Assembly (NCBI GenBank): GCA_033762115.1
Contig: JANRLX010000107.1
Coordinates: forward strand, 1-64,000
Source of the DNA: Verrucomicrobiota bacterium
GTDB taxonomy: Bacteria; Verrucomicrobiota; Verrucomicrobiia; Limisphaerales; SXQI01
Length of the DNA: 64,000 bases
Direction: 5' to 3'
Part shown: one piece after another, positions 48,338-58,836 of the stretch
Numbering within the stretch: position 1 is the first letter of the stretch
Layout of the letters: every line of letters begins with the position of its first letter
Translations under genes and position numbers: made by a program
Notes under the pieces: generated by a model
The model's database searches: none
The model's input: only the letters and a program-made list of their open reading frames with translations
Told to the model about the DNA's origin: nothing

Positions 48338-49186
48338 ATGAACCCTCTGAAATCTCGCATTCATCACTCCTCTCTTCAAATCACCCTCCTTTACAGCTAT
48401 CTTCAATCTGTGCGCGCACCCCTTTTGCTTTTGTCCTGCCTGGCGGCGGTGCCGCTCCTCGCCGAACTTATTCCCATTCTCACTCCCAAAAAAGCCGATG
48501 GCCTTGCCTCCATCATTCAACCGCATGAAAAAGTTCCACCCGAAACGACCGTTCTGTTTCGAGCTTTTAAAACCAATTTCTGGCCCCACGGCCTCATCCC
48601 GATTTTTCTCGTCGAACGAAAAGGGCAGGTCCGATTGCAATCTCTTCCTCCTCGCGGTCAGGAACATCTCATCGAGCCTCTCTTCTTTGCGCTCCCTCCA
48701 ACCCATGCCGCTTCCAACACCCTCCTCGCCGGACGTTGGGAAATCACCGCCTGGCGAAACGGTTCCACCCTCCCCATCGGATTGGAACTGGCTGCCGATG
48801 GTGACACTGTTTCCGGCCGTTTCGATCAGAATACCGATTACCGCTTCGCTTTCATTTCCAACGCTCGCCTTACCAAAACCAACTCCATCACTCACAGCCA
48901 CCTCTTCACCTTTAAAGTGGATTACGTTGCTGATCAGTTTGATCTCTCGGCGGAACTCACTCCTGCTGGCTTGAAAGGGATCTGGAAAAAAAGCGATGGC
49001 TCCGAGGAAGGCGCCTGGACCGCCATTCGCCCTAAATTTTCCCCTCTCCAACTCCCTCCAGACCCGATCCCGCTCTATGAATGGCGGCGCGCCTCAGACA
49101 ATTTTCATCGCTATTCCATCGAAGATCTCCCATCCGGATGGATCAGGTCAGACCAACCCTTTTGTCTGGTTTGGAAACCAAAATAA
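48338..49186 (+). CDS. Hypothetical exported protein
   Basis: Long ORF with a hydrophobic N-terminal segment and C-ending codon bias like neighbouring genes. Start uncertain. Confidence 0.65.
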   Translation: MNPLKSRIHHSSLQITLLYSYLQSVRAPLLLLSCLAAVPLLAELIPILTPKKADGLASIIQPHEKVPPETTVLFRAFKTNFWPHGLIPIFLVERKGQVRLQSLPPRGQEHLIEPLFFALPPTHAASNTLLAGRWEITAWRNGSTLPIGLELAADGDTVSGRFDQNTDYRFAFISNARLTKTNSITHSHLFTFKVDYVADQFDLSAELTPAGLKGIWKKSDGSEEGAWTAIRPKFSPLQLPPDPIPLYEWRRASDNFHRYSIEDLPSGWIRSDQPFCLVWKPK

Positions 49187-49241
49187 CCAGAGAGTCAAAA
49201 TGGCTCTCAATTCTTCTTGAATTCCAACCTTAAATCCTGAG

Positions 49242-49982
49242 TCAAAACTTCTCATTCCACGCTTCGGTCGAATAACGTTCTGCCACCAGCCGCTCCACCC
49301 GCTGTTTCACCATTTCCCACTTCTTCCCACTTTGATCGATCTCTCCCACCGCGTTCCACTTGGCCTCAAAGGAGTCTTTTATCATGTTAACTGTTGAAGG
49401 AAAGTTACATACAAATGATTCATGCGCCCGGTTCTCCCGATACTCCGGCTGGGAACTGGGAACTCTCAGATATCGTTCCAGTAATGATAGCTCCATCCCA
49501 TGAAGGATCGACCCATGAAACAGCACCGCATTTCGTTTCCGCCTCTGCGCGTTCCCCGAAAACTTCACCCGCCCAAGGGTCAGGTCGGTATACCCCTGCA
49601 CCAGCACCGGTTCCTTCACCAGATCAGCAAACGCTTCCCTGTTCCGTTCCATTATAAACCGGTTCGTTCCATTGATCGTTTCCAGCGCAGGGTCATGGCT
49701 GATCGGCAGCACCAATGAATAACAAAGCGCTCCCGGCCCCAGCAGGACCGTGCCTCCCCCGCTGCACCGCCGCAAAATCGGTACTCCATCCTCCTGGCAT
49801 CGCTCCACAAATACTTCCCTGCCAACCCTGTTCGAATAGCCAACCACCACGAAGTAACTGCTGCTTTCCCACCAAAGAAGAACCGGACCCAATTCCCCGT
49901 TGTCGCATTCGTTCAGCAACACCTCCTCCATCGCCAGTTGTTCTGCCGGTGAAGCCGCCTTATATTCAACGACTTTTAACAT
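49242..49982 (-). CDS. lplA: Lipoate-protein ligase A family protein
   Basis: RRCSGGGTV, KFSGNAQ and HGS motifs; divergent from aceE. Confidence 0.88.
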   Translation of the reverse strand: MLKVVEYKAASPAEQLAMEEVLLNECDNGELGPVLLWWESSSYFVVVGYSNRVGREVFVERCQEDGVPILRRCSGGGTVLLGPGALCYSLVLPISHDPALETINGTNRFIMERNREAFADLVKEPVLVQGYTDLTLGRVKFSGNAQRRKRNAVLFHGSILHGMELSLLERYLRVPSSQPEYRENRAHESFVCNFPSTVNMIKDSFEAKWNAVGEIDQSGKKWEMVKQRVERLVAERYSTEAWNEKF

Positions 49983-50097
49983 TCCCCGCTCTGAGGTTGC
50001 ATTTTCAATAGTACGAGGCTTTTATTACTGTTTGAGTTTGAGTGTGTTTCAAGCAACTTCTCATGGAAGTGCTAAACTCCTCTTGAGTTCCACGAAG

Positions 50098-52809
50098 ATG
50101 AAATTACAGAGTAACGAACGAGTAGCCAACGGTAACAGCGGATCAGCCATGCGATGGGGGGCCAACGGAAGCAATCCGCAGCAATCCCTTCAATTTGTTG
50201 CCGACTATATTCTCAACAGTCTCGGGCCCGAACAAGCCCGCCTTTTCATCGAGCAACTCTCCGAACGCCTGCGCAATGAGGGAATCGCCATCCCTCCTGT
50301 CGTTTCCACTCCTTACGTCAACACCATCTCCCCGGAGGATGAACCAGCTTACCCCGGTGATCGTGATCTCGAACGCCGCATCAAAAGTTACATCCGCTGG
50401 AATGCCATGGCCATGGTCGTCAACGCCAATCGGAAACATGACGGTCTCGGCGGCCACATTTCCACCTTCGCCTCATCCGCAACACTTTACGAAGTGGCCC
50501 AAAATCATTTTTACCGTGGCGGTGATGGCGACCGCATCGCTGACCTCGTCTATTTTCAGGGACACGCCACCCCCGGGAATTACGCCCGCGCCTTCCTCGA
50601 AGGACGTTTGGAAGCAAATCATCTCCAGAATTTTCGTCAGGAACTGGCGGATGGCGGAGGGCTTTCCTCTTATCCTCACCCCTACCTCATGCCAGATTTT
50701 TGGCAATTCCCCACCGTCTCCATGGGATTGGGCCCCATCATGTCAATCTACCAGGCGCGATTTATCCGCTATCTCCGTGCCCGTGGCTTCATCACCGGCG
50801 AAGAACCAAAAGTTTATGCCTACCTCGGGGATGGCGAATGTGATGAACCGGAATCCCTCGGCTCAATCACTCTCGCTGCCCGCGAAAATCTCGATAATCT
50901 CATCTGGGTCATCAACTGCAACCTGCAACGGCTCGATGGCCCGGTGCGTGGGAATGGCAAAATCATCCAGGAACTCGAAGGTCTCTTCCGCGGCGCTGGA
51001 TGGAATGTCATCAAGGTCATTTGGGGCTCGGACTGGGACGAACTCTTCAAGGCCGATAAAAAAGGATTGCTCATCAAACGCATGGAAGAGGTCGTTGATG
51101 GCGATTTCCAGAAATATTCAGTCGAGCCGGGCAGTTATATTCGCAAACATTTCTTCGGCACCGATCCGGAACTCAAGGCCCTCGTCAATCATCTGAGCGA
51201 TGACCAGTTGCGCAAACTCCTGCGCGGCGGGCACGACGCGAAAAAAGTTTACGCCGCTTACAAGGCCGCCAATGAACACAAGGGCCAGCCCACAGTCATC
51301 CTGGCAAAAACCGTCAAGGGCTACGGTTTGGGCGAGGCAGGGGAGGGGCGCAATATCTCCCATCAGCAAAAGAAAATGAACGAGAAGGAACTCCGTGAGT
51401 TCCGCAGTCGTTTTGAAGTCCCCATCGATGATTACGCAGTCGTTGAAACTCCCTTCTACCGCCCTGAGCCGGACAGTCCCGAACTGAAATATCTGCTTGA
51501 ACGTCGCAAGGAACTCGGTGGGTTTCTTCCCAGGCGCCAGGTCAAGGCCAGGCCGTTGCAGATTCCTGACCTCGAGTATTTTGAGGAATTCCTCAAAGGC
51601 TCCGGTGGGCGCGCCGTCTCCAGCACCGCGGCATTCGTCGCCATTTTTACAAAACTGCTCAGAAACAAGGAAATCGGGCGGCACCTCGTCCCGATTATTC
51701 CCGATGAAGCTCGCACATTCGGCATGGACCCCCTCTTCCGTGAAGTCGGGATCTATTCGATGAAAGGGCAGCTTTACGAGCCGGTCGATCGCGCCGCCAT
51801 CAGCTATTATCATGAAGCCAAGGATGGCCAGATTCTCGAAGAGGGAATCACCGAAGCCGGATCAATGTCCTCCTTCATTGCCGCTGGCACTGCCTACGCG
51901 AACTTCGGCGTGCAGATGATGCCCTTCTTTATTTATTACTCCATGTTCGGGTTCCAACGCATTGGGGACCTTATCTGGCTCGCTGGCGACATTCGCGCCA
52001 AAGGATTTTTGCTCGGTGCCACCGCCGGGCGCACCTCTCTCAACGGCGAGGGACTGCAACATCAGGACGGGCATGGCCATCTGATCGCCAGCACCATCCC
52101 AACCTGCATTACCTACGATCCTGCCTTTGCCTATGAAATTGCCGTCATCGTGCAGGATGGCATGCGCCGGATGTATCGGGACATGGAAGAGATCTTTTAT
52201 TACATCACCCTTTACAATGATCCGCTTCCCATGGAGCCGATGCCGGAAGGAAAAGAGATTCCCAATGGCATTCTCAAAGGGCTTTATAAATTCAAGGCGG
52301 GTGATTCCGGCAGGAAACACAAAGCTCATATCTTTGGCAGCGGGCCGATCATCCGTTACGCCTTGAAGGCCCAGGAACTCCTCGCCAAATATGATGTCTC
52401 CGTTGATGTCTGGAGCGCCACCAGCTACAAGACGCTCCGCAATGAAGCGCTGCTCACGGATCGCTGGAACCGCCTTCACCCTACCGAAACACCCCGCAAA
52501 CCCTATGTTCAAAGCATCCTCGAAAAAGAGCAGGGGGTTTTCGTTGCCGTCTCCGACAACATGAAAATCGTTGCCGAACAGATCGCTCCCTGGGTCCCCG
52601 GCGGCCTGACCGCCCTCGGGACAGATGGCTTTGGTCGCAGCGAAACTCGTGAAAATCTTCGCCGCTTCTTTGAAGTGGATGCCGAATCCACAGTCATCGC
52701 GACTCTCCACGCCTTGCAGCAGAAAGGTCAGATGAAGGCTGAAGTCGTTGCCAAAGCCATCAAGGATCTTGGCGTTGATCCCGAGAAAAAATTCCCCGCG
52801 CTCCACTAG
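50098..52809 (+). CDS. aceE: Pyruvate dehydrogenase E1 component (homodimeric)
   Basis: GGHIST, PTVSMGLG, GDGECDEPE, DEARTFGM and LGTDGFGRSE motifs. Confidence 0.97.
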   Translation: MKLQSNERVANGNSGSAMRWGANGSNPQQSLQFVADYILNSLGPEQARLFIEQLSERLRNEGIAIPPVVSTPYVNTISPEDEPAYPGDRDLERRIKSYIRWNAMAMVVNANRKHDGLGGHISTFASSATLYEVAQNHFYRGGDGDRIADLVYFQGHATPGNYARAFLEGRLEANHLQNFRQELADGGGLSSYPHPYLMPDFWQFPTVSMGLGPIMSIYQARFIRYLRARGFITGEEPKVYAYLGDGECDEPESLGSITLAARENLDNLIWVINCNLQRLDGPVRGNGKIIQELEGLFRGAGWNVIKVIWGSDWDELFKADKKGLLIKRMEEVVDGDFQKYSVEPGSYIRKHFFGTDPELKALVNHLSDDQLRKLLRGGHDAKKVYAAYKAANEHKGQPTVILAKTVKGYGLGEAGEGRNISHQQKKMNEKELREFRSRFEVPIDDYAVVETPFYRPEPDSPELKYLLERRKELGGFLPRRQVKARPLQIPDLEYFEEFLKGSGGRAVSSTAAFVAIFTKLLRNKEIGRHLVPIIPDEARTFGMDPLFREVGIYSMKGQLYEPVDRAAISYYHEAKDGQILEEGITEAGSMSSFIAAGTAYANFGVQMMPFFIYYSMFGFQRIGDLIWLAGDIRAKGFLLGATAGRTSLNGEGLQHQDGHGHLIASTIPTCITYDPAFAYEIAVIVQDGMRRMYRDMEEIFYYITLYNDPLPMEPMPEGKEIPNGILKGLYKFKAGDSGRKHKAHIFGSGPIIRYALKAQELLAKYDVSVDVWSATSYKTLRNEALLTDRWNRLHPTETPRKPYVQSILEKEQGVFVAVSDNMKIVAEQIAPWVPGGLTALGTDGFGRSETRENLRRFFEVDAESTVIATLHALQQKGQMKAEVVAKAIKDLGVDPEKKFPALH

Positions 52810-52831
52810 GCACAGGGCTCGAATTCAAGTT

Positions 52832-53965
52832 TTAAACCACTTCGACCGGTTTCGAACGGGCCGGTCGAAAATGTTCGATATGCTCCATCCGTGCGAACAG
52901 GTGCGGCACCTGTTCGCAAAGCCTCTTCATCGCCCCGGTCACAATCTTGTGCAAGGTTTCCGGCGCAGTCTCAGCCCGCAAATTTAGAATTAACCGGCCG
53001 CTCTCGACCGGTTCCGGGATTTGATCGGACACATCAGCCGCCGAATCATTTCTTCCCAGCCGCGCCACTGCGATCTTCCCGCTGCTTTCCTGCGCTGAGA
53101 GGGCCATTTTCAACTGGATCAGTTCCACCGCCGTCGCCTGAAGCCGAAATTGGATTTCTTCAGCCAGAACCTGCAAAACCTTCCCTGAGTCCAATCCCCT
53201 GATCGAGCGCAGTTCCACCCTCGCATTCAACCAACCCATCAACATCTCACCTTCGCCGTACAAATCATAATCCAGCGAAATGTTCTTTTGCAGGTTCACG
53301 GAGGAACCCAGCGCCGCTTCGAACCACGGCTCCATCTGAGCCCCCGTTTTCGCTGAAACTTCGAAAATTTTCCCCTGCGGATACTCTCTGGCGAGGAGTT
53401 TTTTCAGGCCCCCAACATCCGCGCTGTGCAAATCCATTTTGTTGATCACCAGAAAATCTGCCTCTTCCAGTTGCTTCCGGTAAAGATACGAAAGCGGTTC
53501 GGAAATGCTCCTGCTGGAATCCAGCCCAAATACTCGCATCGCTTGCGCCGGATCGATCAGCACGCTCAAACCATGCAGATGAAGTTTCCTTCCCCGCGCA
53601 CGTTCCAGCGGACGAAACAACGACGCGACCAGATCGGCAGAGCTGCCGACCGGTTCCGCGATGAACAGATCCGGGTTGGATGCCTCCGTTAATTTCCTGA
53701 GCGCTTCATTCAATGCCTCTCCTCGTGAAGCAAAACCGCCGCCCAGCACCTCTTCCGTTTCAAATCCGTTGTTCCGCTGCACCACCGTATCCACCAGTTC
53801 CGTTCCCTGGTCATTGGTGATGATCCCCACGCGGCTCCCTTTTCCCTTGAGATATGCTGCCAGCTTCCCGATTGCAGTCGTTTTTCCTGCATCAGGAAAA
53901 CCGCTCACCACCATCATGCGGGGCAGAGTCCCATGACTTAATTTGTTGAATTCTTTAACGTTCAC
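52832..53965 (-). CDS. COG0523/CobW-like G3E GTPase, metal motif degenerate
   Basis: SGFPDAGKTT, ITNDQG, AEPVGS, QLEEAD, INKMD and SAKTG motifs. Confidence 0.85.
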   Translation of the reverse strand: MNVKEFNKLSHGTLPRMMVVSGFPDAGKTTAIGKLAAYLKGKGSRVGIITNDQGTELVDTVVQRNNGFETEEVLGGGFASRGEALNEALRKLTEASNPDLFIAEPVGSSADLVASLFRPLERARGRKLHLHGLSVLIDPAQAMRVFGLDSSRSISEPLSYLYRKQLEEADFLVINKMDLHSADVGGLKKLLAREYPQGKIFEVSAKTGAQMEPWFEAALGSSVNLQKNISLDYDLYGEGEMLMGWLNARVELRSIRGLDSGKVLQVLAEEIQFRLQATAVELIQLKMALSAQESSGKIAVARLGRNDSAADVSDQIPEPVESGRLILNLRAETAPETLHKIVTGAMKRLCEQVPHLFARMEHIEHFRPARSKPVEVV

Positions 53966-54209
53966 GAACCTGATCTTCTGATCTCATGGTTGCAGGACAA
54001 CTGCTCCGCAGCGGACATGAAATCGGGGTCGAAATCACCAATACCAGAAAAGCGGCGTCTTTGCCAGAAGTCATCGCGTCAATGGACAACTTTCGATTTG
54101 CCAGGGATTTTAGCCGGATGCGAGGTGCTCAAACGAGCATCTCGCAACGATCTCTGCTCAAGGAGCAACGAAGTTGAAAACCCAGCCTGAACCGAACTGA
54201 TTCAGGTGA

Positions 54210-54722
54210 TTATTTCCCTTCCACCATTTTCCTGAATTCAGCTTTCGCTTCTGACACCACCGTTTTGGGCCCGGTCATCCTGATGAAAACATCCCCATTG
54301 GCGCTCTCGATGATCGCCCCGAGCAGCATCGCATCCGGGATTTCCGTTTTTGGTCCCCCTGGCATGCCACTCAGGTAAGTTCCCTCTGCCTGAACGTAGG
54401 AAACCTTCTTTCCGTTCGCTTCCACTTTTTCCGTCTGCGCTTTGATCTGGTCTTTTGGTTCCTTGAACTGTCCCAACCAGCGGTCGATATTCGCCTGCAC
54501 ACCTCCACCGCCGCCCGGCCCGAAGTGGAAAAATACAACCTCCGCCTTCTTCTCCCCGGATGGAACTTCCAGCTGCGCTTTGCGCATACCGCCGGGAGGC
54601 AACTGCACCACTTTCCATTTTTCAGGAGCATTGAAGGTCATGTCGCTCACCTTGAACGTTTCCGCGGCAAACGTGAGCAAACTGGAGAATAACAACGAGG
54701 TCATGAGAAATCTTTTTTGCAT
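54210..54722 (-). CDS. Conserved hypothetical exported protein
   Basis: Signal peptide; FFHFGPGGGGGVQANIDRWLGQF motif. Confidence 0.8.
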   Translation of the reverse strand: MQKRFLMTSLLFSSLLTFAAETFKVSDMTFNAPEKWKVVQLPPGGMRKAQLEVPSGEKKAEVVFFHFGPGGGGGVQANIDRWLGQFKEPKDQIKAQTEKVEANGKKVSYVQAEGTYLSGMPGGPKTEIPDAMLLGAIIESANGDVFIRMTGPKTVVSEAKAEFRKMVEGK

Positions 54723-54846
54723 GCCTCATGGCTAAACAAGAGCGGGTGGGGTGTCAATCCGCAACAGGCTTGCCATGCCCCGGATTTGCTCCATGCTGCA
54801 AGGAGCAGTTGCACGGCAGCCCGGCAACTTTATCAAAGGAGGATTT

Positions 54847-55272
54847 ATGAAACGATCAGCAACAGCAGTTTGGGATGGGGAATTCAAAGGAGGCAAAGGA
54901 AATATTTCCACTGAAAGCGGCGTCTTGAAACAGTCCCAATATTCTTTCGGGACACGCTTTGAGACAGGGATTGGGACCAACCCGGAGGAACTCATCGCAG
55001 CTGCCCATGCAGGCTGCTTTTCCATGGCCCTGGCAGCGTTCCTGGGAAAAGCCGGCTTTGCACCGAAGCAACTTCAGACCAAAGCCAGCGTGACCATCGA
55101 GCAAATGAATGGCAGTTGGACCATCACCACCATCGATCTCGATTTGCAGGCGCAGATTCCCGGTATCGACCAGGCAAAATTCGAGGAAATTGCCGCCGAT
55201 GCAAAAGCCAATTGCCCGGTCTCACGCGTTTTAAATGCTGAGATTCGCCTGACATCCAGGCTGATCAGTTAA
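54847..55272 (+). CDS. osmC: OsmC peroxiredoxin
   Basis: GTNPEELIAAAHAGCFSMAL and NCPVS motifs; GGAGG Shine-Dalgarno. Confidence 0.95.
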   Translation: MKRSATAVWDGEFKGGKGNISTESGVLKQSQYSFGTRFETGIGTNPEELIAAAHAGCFSMALAAFLGKAGFAPKQLQTKASVTIEQMNGSWTITTIDLDLQAQIPGIDQAKFEEIAADAKANCPVSRVLNAEIRLTSRLIS

Positions 55273-55961
55273 TTGGCTGCCGCATTGGTATGGCGCTGCA
55301 ATTCCTTTTTGGCCAGCCGTCCCAGCCAGATACTTAGCAGCAAGGTGGCTGCCAGTCCGACGACAAGAAGCGCCTGCTCTGCCGGGGTGCGGGGCCGCTC
55401 ACTGTTCAGTGACTGGCCGATATGCCCGAAATAAACGTAAAGCACCGTCCCGGGAAGCATCCCGACCCAACTGGCAAAAAAATAACTCCAGAAACTGATC
55501 CGGGTAAGACCGATGAAATAGTTCAGCAGGTTGAACGGCACCAGCGGACTCAGCCGGAGGAGCAGGACGATTTTCCATCCTTCCCGGCCAATCGCTGCGT
55601 CAAGTGATCGGAATCGCTCGTCCGTGAGTTTTCGCTGCACCCAGTCCCGGGCCACGAATCGGGCAATCAGGAAACAGATGCTCGCCCCTCCCATTGATCC
55701 CAGTGACGCGATGACACTTCCTCCCCAAAGGCCGAACAGCAGGCCCGCTGCAATGGTCAGGAGAGAGCCGGGAAAAAAGCAGATCGTCCCAACAATATAG
55801 GCGAGCACAAAAAGGAGATATCCGGCAGGCCCGCTCTTCCTCACCACCTCCACCAGTTCCTGAATCCACGTCGTCAGGGGAAGGGTGCGGGTCAAAAAAA
55901 GGAGTAACAGGGCAAGAATGCCAGCGGCAATCCATTTGGTTCGGGCGGTCGGTTTGCTCAC
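55269..55961 (-). CDS. TVP38/TMEM64 (DedA/SNARE-associated) membrane protein
   Basis: LLRLSPLVPFNLLNY and GMLPGTVLYVY motifs. Confidence 0.92.
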   Translation of the reverse strand: MSKPTARTKWIAAGILALLLLFLTRTLPLTTWIQELVEVVRKSGPAGYLLFVLAYIVGTICFFPGSLLTIAAGLLFGLWGGSVIASLGSMGGASICFLIARFVARDWVQRKLTDERFRSLDAAIGREGWKIVLLLRLSPLVPFNLLNYFIGLTRISFWSYFFASWVGMLPGTVLYVYFGHIGQSLNSERPRTPAEQALLVVGLAATLLLSIWLGRLAKKELQRHTNAAAN

Positions 55962-56016
55962 GAATCCCGAGCAGGCTACCGAGTCCGCATCAAATGGGGA
56001 AGCGACAAAAGGAACG

Positions 56017-57486
56017 TCACGAATTCATCGCCGGTTCAAGGTCATCATTGTCCTCGTAGCGGACGAGGTCATGAGCATTGGCTTGTTCAGTCGCAGCCAT
56101 TTTCTTCTCGATCCGTCGCCACGTTTCAATTTTTGCCACCACTCCCAGGAGGATCAGCCAAAGTGTCAGGTTGCGGGGCTGGGTGAGCACACGCTCGAGA
56201 AAACTTTGCGCATAATTCATCGTGCATCCGACAAAAACCCCGATGCTGAATGCCCCCAGGAAATGGGTCCGAAAAAAAATCGCGGCCCGCACATTTCTCC
56301 AAAGAAACAAGAAGAGAAAACTCACAAAAACCACAAGGCTGTGCAATCCGGTTTCAGAAAGGACCAGGTGGTATAAACTTTCTACGACCCCTTTTTTATA
56401 ATTCTTATCAACCTTGTTGTTGTTGATCTTCTGCCAATGGTCGATTTCGTTGCCGTAAGGGTAGGGATGATTGATCACATGGCCGAAATTATTCCAACCC
56501 ACTCCAATTGGATAATCCTTGAACATCGCCACGGCTGCGCGGTTCAGGAACACACGCGTCCGACTGCTCTCATCATTCCCGTAGTCCTGGAAGCGGCTCA
56601 TGATCGTGTCCATCGTGAAGAGCAGGCCGAGACCGCCGACCACTGCAATTGTCCCCATCACGTACCAGCGTCGTTTCGTGGGCTTGTCGATCAGGCTGAA
56701 AAGCAGGACCGCACCGGTCCCCAGCGCAAACATCGCCAGCCCGCCACGGGAGAGGGTGGATTGAACAATCGCAGCGCAGGCAATATAGGCGCAAAGAAAT
56801 AAATTGGAGCGGGGATGCTTCGGCCCGAGCGCCACCGCAAGGAACACCATGCCGATCATGGTGGTGAACATCGAGAGCGAGTTCTGATGTTCAAAGGTGC
56901 CAAACACCTGATAAACATGATCCACATACTTCATTTTCAGGACGACGAAGAGTTGCCAGAACATCGTGACCGCCATGCAGAACAGCACATGTCTAAGGTC
57001 CTCCTCTTCCTGGATAAAATTGTAGGCCGCGACGAAAATCAGCACGATTTTGAATGCCTTCAGCGCTGCCATCAACACATAGGAAGTGACCGGCGCGTTG
57101 ATAATCGAAAAGAGGCTGAACACGCAGTAAAGCAACCACACCCACAAACCTGGTGGCATGAAACGAAATCCCCGCCAGTTTCCTGTCATGCTCGCAAAAA
57201 TCAGCGCCACCGCAACGACCTCGGCAAAATAGAAATGGAATCCGCGCGAATGGCCCCGGTACAGCACAGAGCCCAATGAAAGGCCCCATTCACCCGCCGC
57301 GAGAAATCCGCTCGTGGTCATGAAACAAAGCAGGAACATCAGGATTCGCTGGCCAGGGCGGGAATGACGCAGCAAAAAACCGGTCAGCGGTGCGACCACG
57401 AAATACAATGCGATCAGGATGACCGCTTTAATGATCTCTTTAAATTCCAAGCTTCCCCAGTAAAAACCAGATCGGATGAACCACAA
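56017..57486 (-). CDS. O-antigen ligase/Wzy-like polytopic membrane protein
   Basis: About 12 TM segments; GTFEHQNSL, TLSRGG and PIGVGWNNF motifs. Confidence 0.82.
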   Translation of the reverse strand: MWFIRSGFYWGSLEFKEIIKAVILIALYFVVAPLTGFLLRHSRPGQRILMFLLCFMTTSGFLAAGEWGLSLGSVLYRGHSRGFHFYFAEVVAVALIFASMTGNWRGFRFMPPGLWVWLLYCVFSLFSIINAPVTSYVLMAALKAFKIVLIFVAAYNFIQEEEDLRHVLFCMAVTMFWQLFVVLKMKYVDHVYQVFGTFEHQNSLSMFTTMIGMVFLAVALGPKHPRSNLFLCAYIACAAIVQSTLSRGGLAMFALGTGAVLLFSLIDKPTKRRWYVMGTIAVVGGLGLLFTMDTIMSRFQDYGNDESSRTRVFLNRAAVAMFKDYPIGVGWNNFGHVINHPYPYGNEIDHWQKINNNKVDKNYKKGVVESLYHLVLSETGLHSLVVFVSFLFLFLWRNVRAAIFFRTHFLGAFSIGVFVGCTMNYAQSFLERVLTQPRNLTLWLILLGVVAKIETWRRIEKKMAATEQANAHDLVRYEDNDDLEPAMNS

Positions 57487-57597
57487 TCAGGCTTCCCCTG
57501 CTTCCCATTCAGCAACGCTCCGAGGAATGGTCAATGCCCCGCCTGATTAACAACCCACAGGTCCGATTTATCCTTTGATGGCGGAACTGGAAGCCCG

Positions 57598-58836
57598 ATG
57601 AGAGTTGCACACATCCTGAGAAAGTATGATCCATCCCAATGGGGCGGGACGGAAACTGCCGTCAAGCAACTGCTGGACGGCCTGCGGCATCATGGGACCA
57701 GTTCAATGGTTTTTGCCCCCAGCCTGGACTCCGTTCCCTCTCCGGACCCTTTCCGGGAAGCGGGACACCTGATCAAACGTTATAAGGCGCATGTGCCGGT
57801 GTTCGGGATTTCCCGGGAACAAAAGCAGCAGCTGGTGTCGGTGGGAGGCAATCTGCTCTCGTTGGATTTGTTCTGGCAATTGCGTCGCACCCGGCCTCTG
57901 GACCTCATTCATACGCACACTTTGAACCGGATTGGCGGAGTCGCCTTAAGCGTCGCCAGACAGCGCCGCCTGCCTCTTGTCGTGACCATTCACGGTGGAG
58001 TGCTTGATCTTCCCGCGTCCGTAAAAGCCAATCTCGCCGCCCCGCTGAAAGGCGGATGGGAATGGGGAAAACTGTTTGGATTCCTCTTTAAATCCCGTGA
58101 AGTATTGGAACGAGCTGACGCGGTGCTCACCTGCAACCGCCGCGAGGCAGAACTTTTGCGACAGAAATACCCCAATAAAAAAGTCCTGGTGCAGCCTCAC
58201 GGCATCACCCTCTCAAGGTATGCAAAGGATCACCGCGCTGCACTCTACAACGCCTGGCCGCAACTCAACAAAAAACGATTTCTCCTGGTCCTGGGGCGGA
58301 TCGACCCCGTAAAAAACCAGGGCTGGGTGGTCGAGCAATTTGCTGAAATCCTCCAGCATGAACCGGAGGTTTTTCTGGTCCTGGCCGGTGCTTGCACGGA
58401 TGAGGCCTACGGCAAGTCGCTCAAAAAGGAAGTCCGCAACAAGGGGCTCGAATCACGTGCCATCTTCACTGAAGGATTGCCGCCCGGGGATGCCCGGTTG
58501 ATTGGCCTGCTTCAGGCCGCTTCCATGCTGGTGGTCCCGTCGCTTTCGGAAACATTTGGATTGGTCCTTCTGGAAGCCTGGGCTGCTGCCACTCCCGTGG
58601 TTTCCACCAGAACCTCAGGGGCCTTGGAACTGGTCCAGGATGGCAGCAACGGTTTTCTTTTTGACCTCGAAAAACCTGCCGAGTTCCACGCCGGAGTTGC
58701 CGCCCTCCTTTCGAGCGCTGGAACACGCGAGCGGCTGGGCCGCGCCGGTCATCTCCTTGCCAGCGAATACGACACCGTCACATTGGCTGGACGGGTGCAA
58801 CAGCTTTACCAGGAACTGACTCAACGCAACTCATGA
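57598..58836 (+). CDS. Glycosyltransferase family 4
   Basis: GGTE, GRIDPVKNQ and PSLSETFGLVLLEAW motifs. Confidence 0.93.
   Translation: MRVAHILRKYDPSQWGGTETAVKQLLDGLRHHGTSSMVFAPSLDSVPSPDPFREAGHLIKRYKAHVPVFGISREQKQQLVSVGGNLLSLDLFWQLRRTRPLDLIHTHTLNRIGGVALSVARQRRLPLVVTIHGGVLDLPASVKANLAAPLKGGWEWGKLFGFLFKSREVLERADAVLTCNRREAELLRQKYPNKKVLVQPHGITLSRYAKDHRAALYNAWPQLNKKRFLLVLGRIDPVKNQGWVVEQFAEILQHEPEVFLVLAGACTDEAYGKSLKKEVRNKGLESRAIFTEGLPPGDARLIGLLQAASMLVVPSLSETFGLVLLEAWAAATPVVSTRTSGALELVQDGSNGFLFDLEKPAEFHAGVAALLSSAGTRERLGRAGHLLASEYDTVTLAGRVQQLYQELTQRNS

Noticed and set aside
48284..49051. N-terminal ~255-aa extension of the LigD ORF
   Set aside because: It overlaps the plus-strand gene 48338-49186 in antisense and lacks LigD Pol/PE motifs; the true start is likely 48283 or 48238.
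50195..52806. Long alternative-frame and antisense ORFs within aceE
   Set aside because: Codon-bias shadows of a highly conserved gene.
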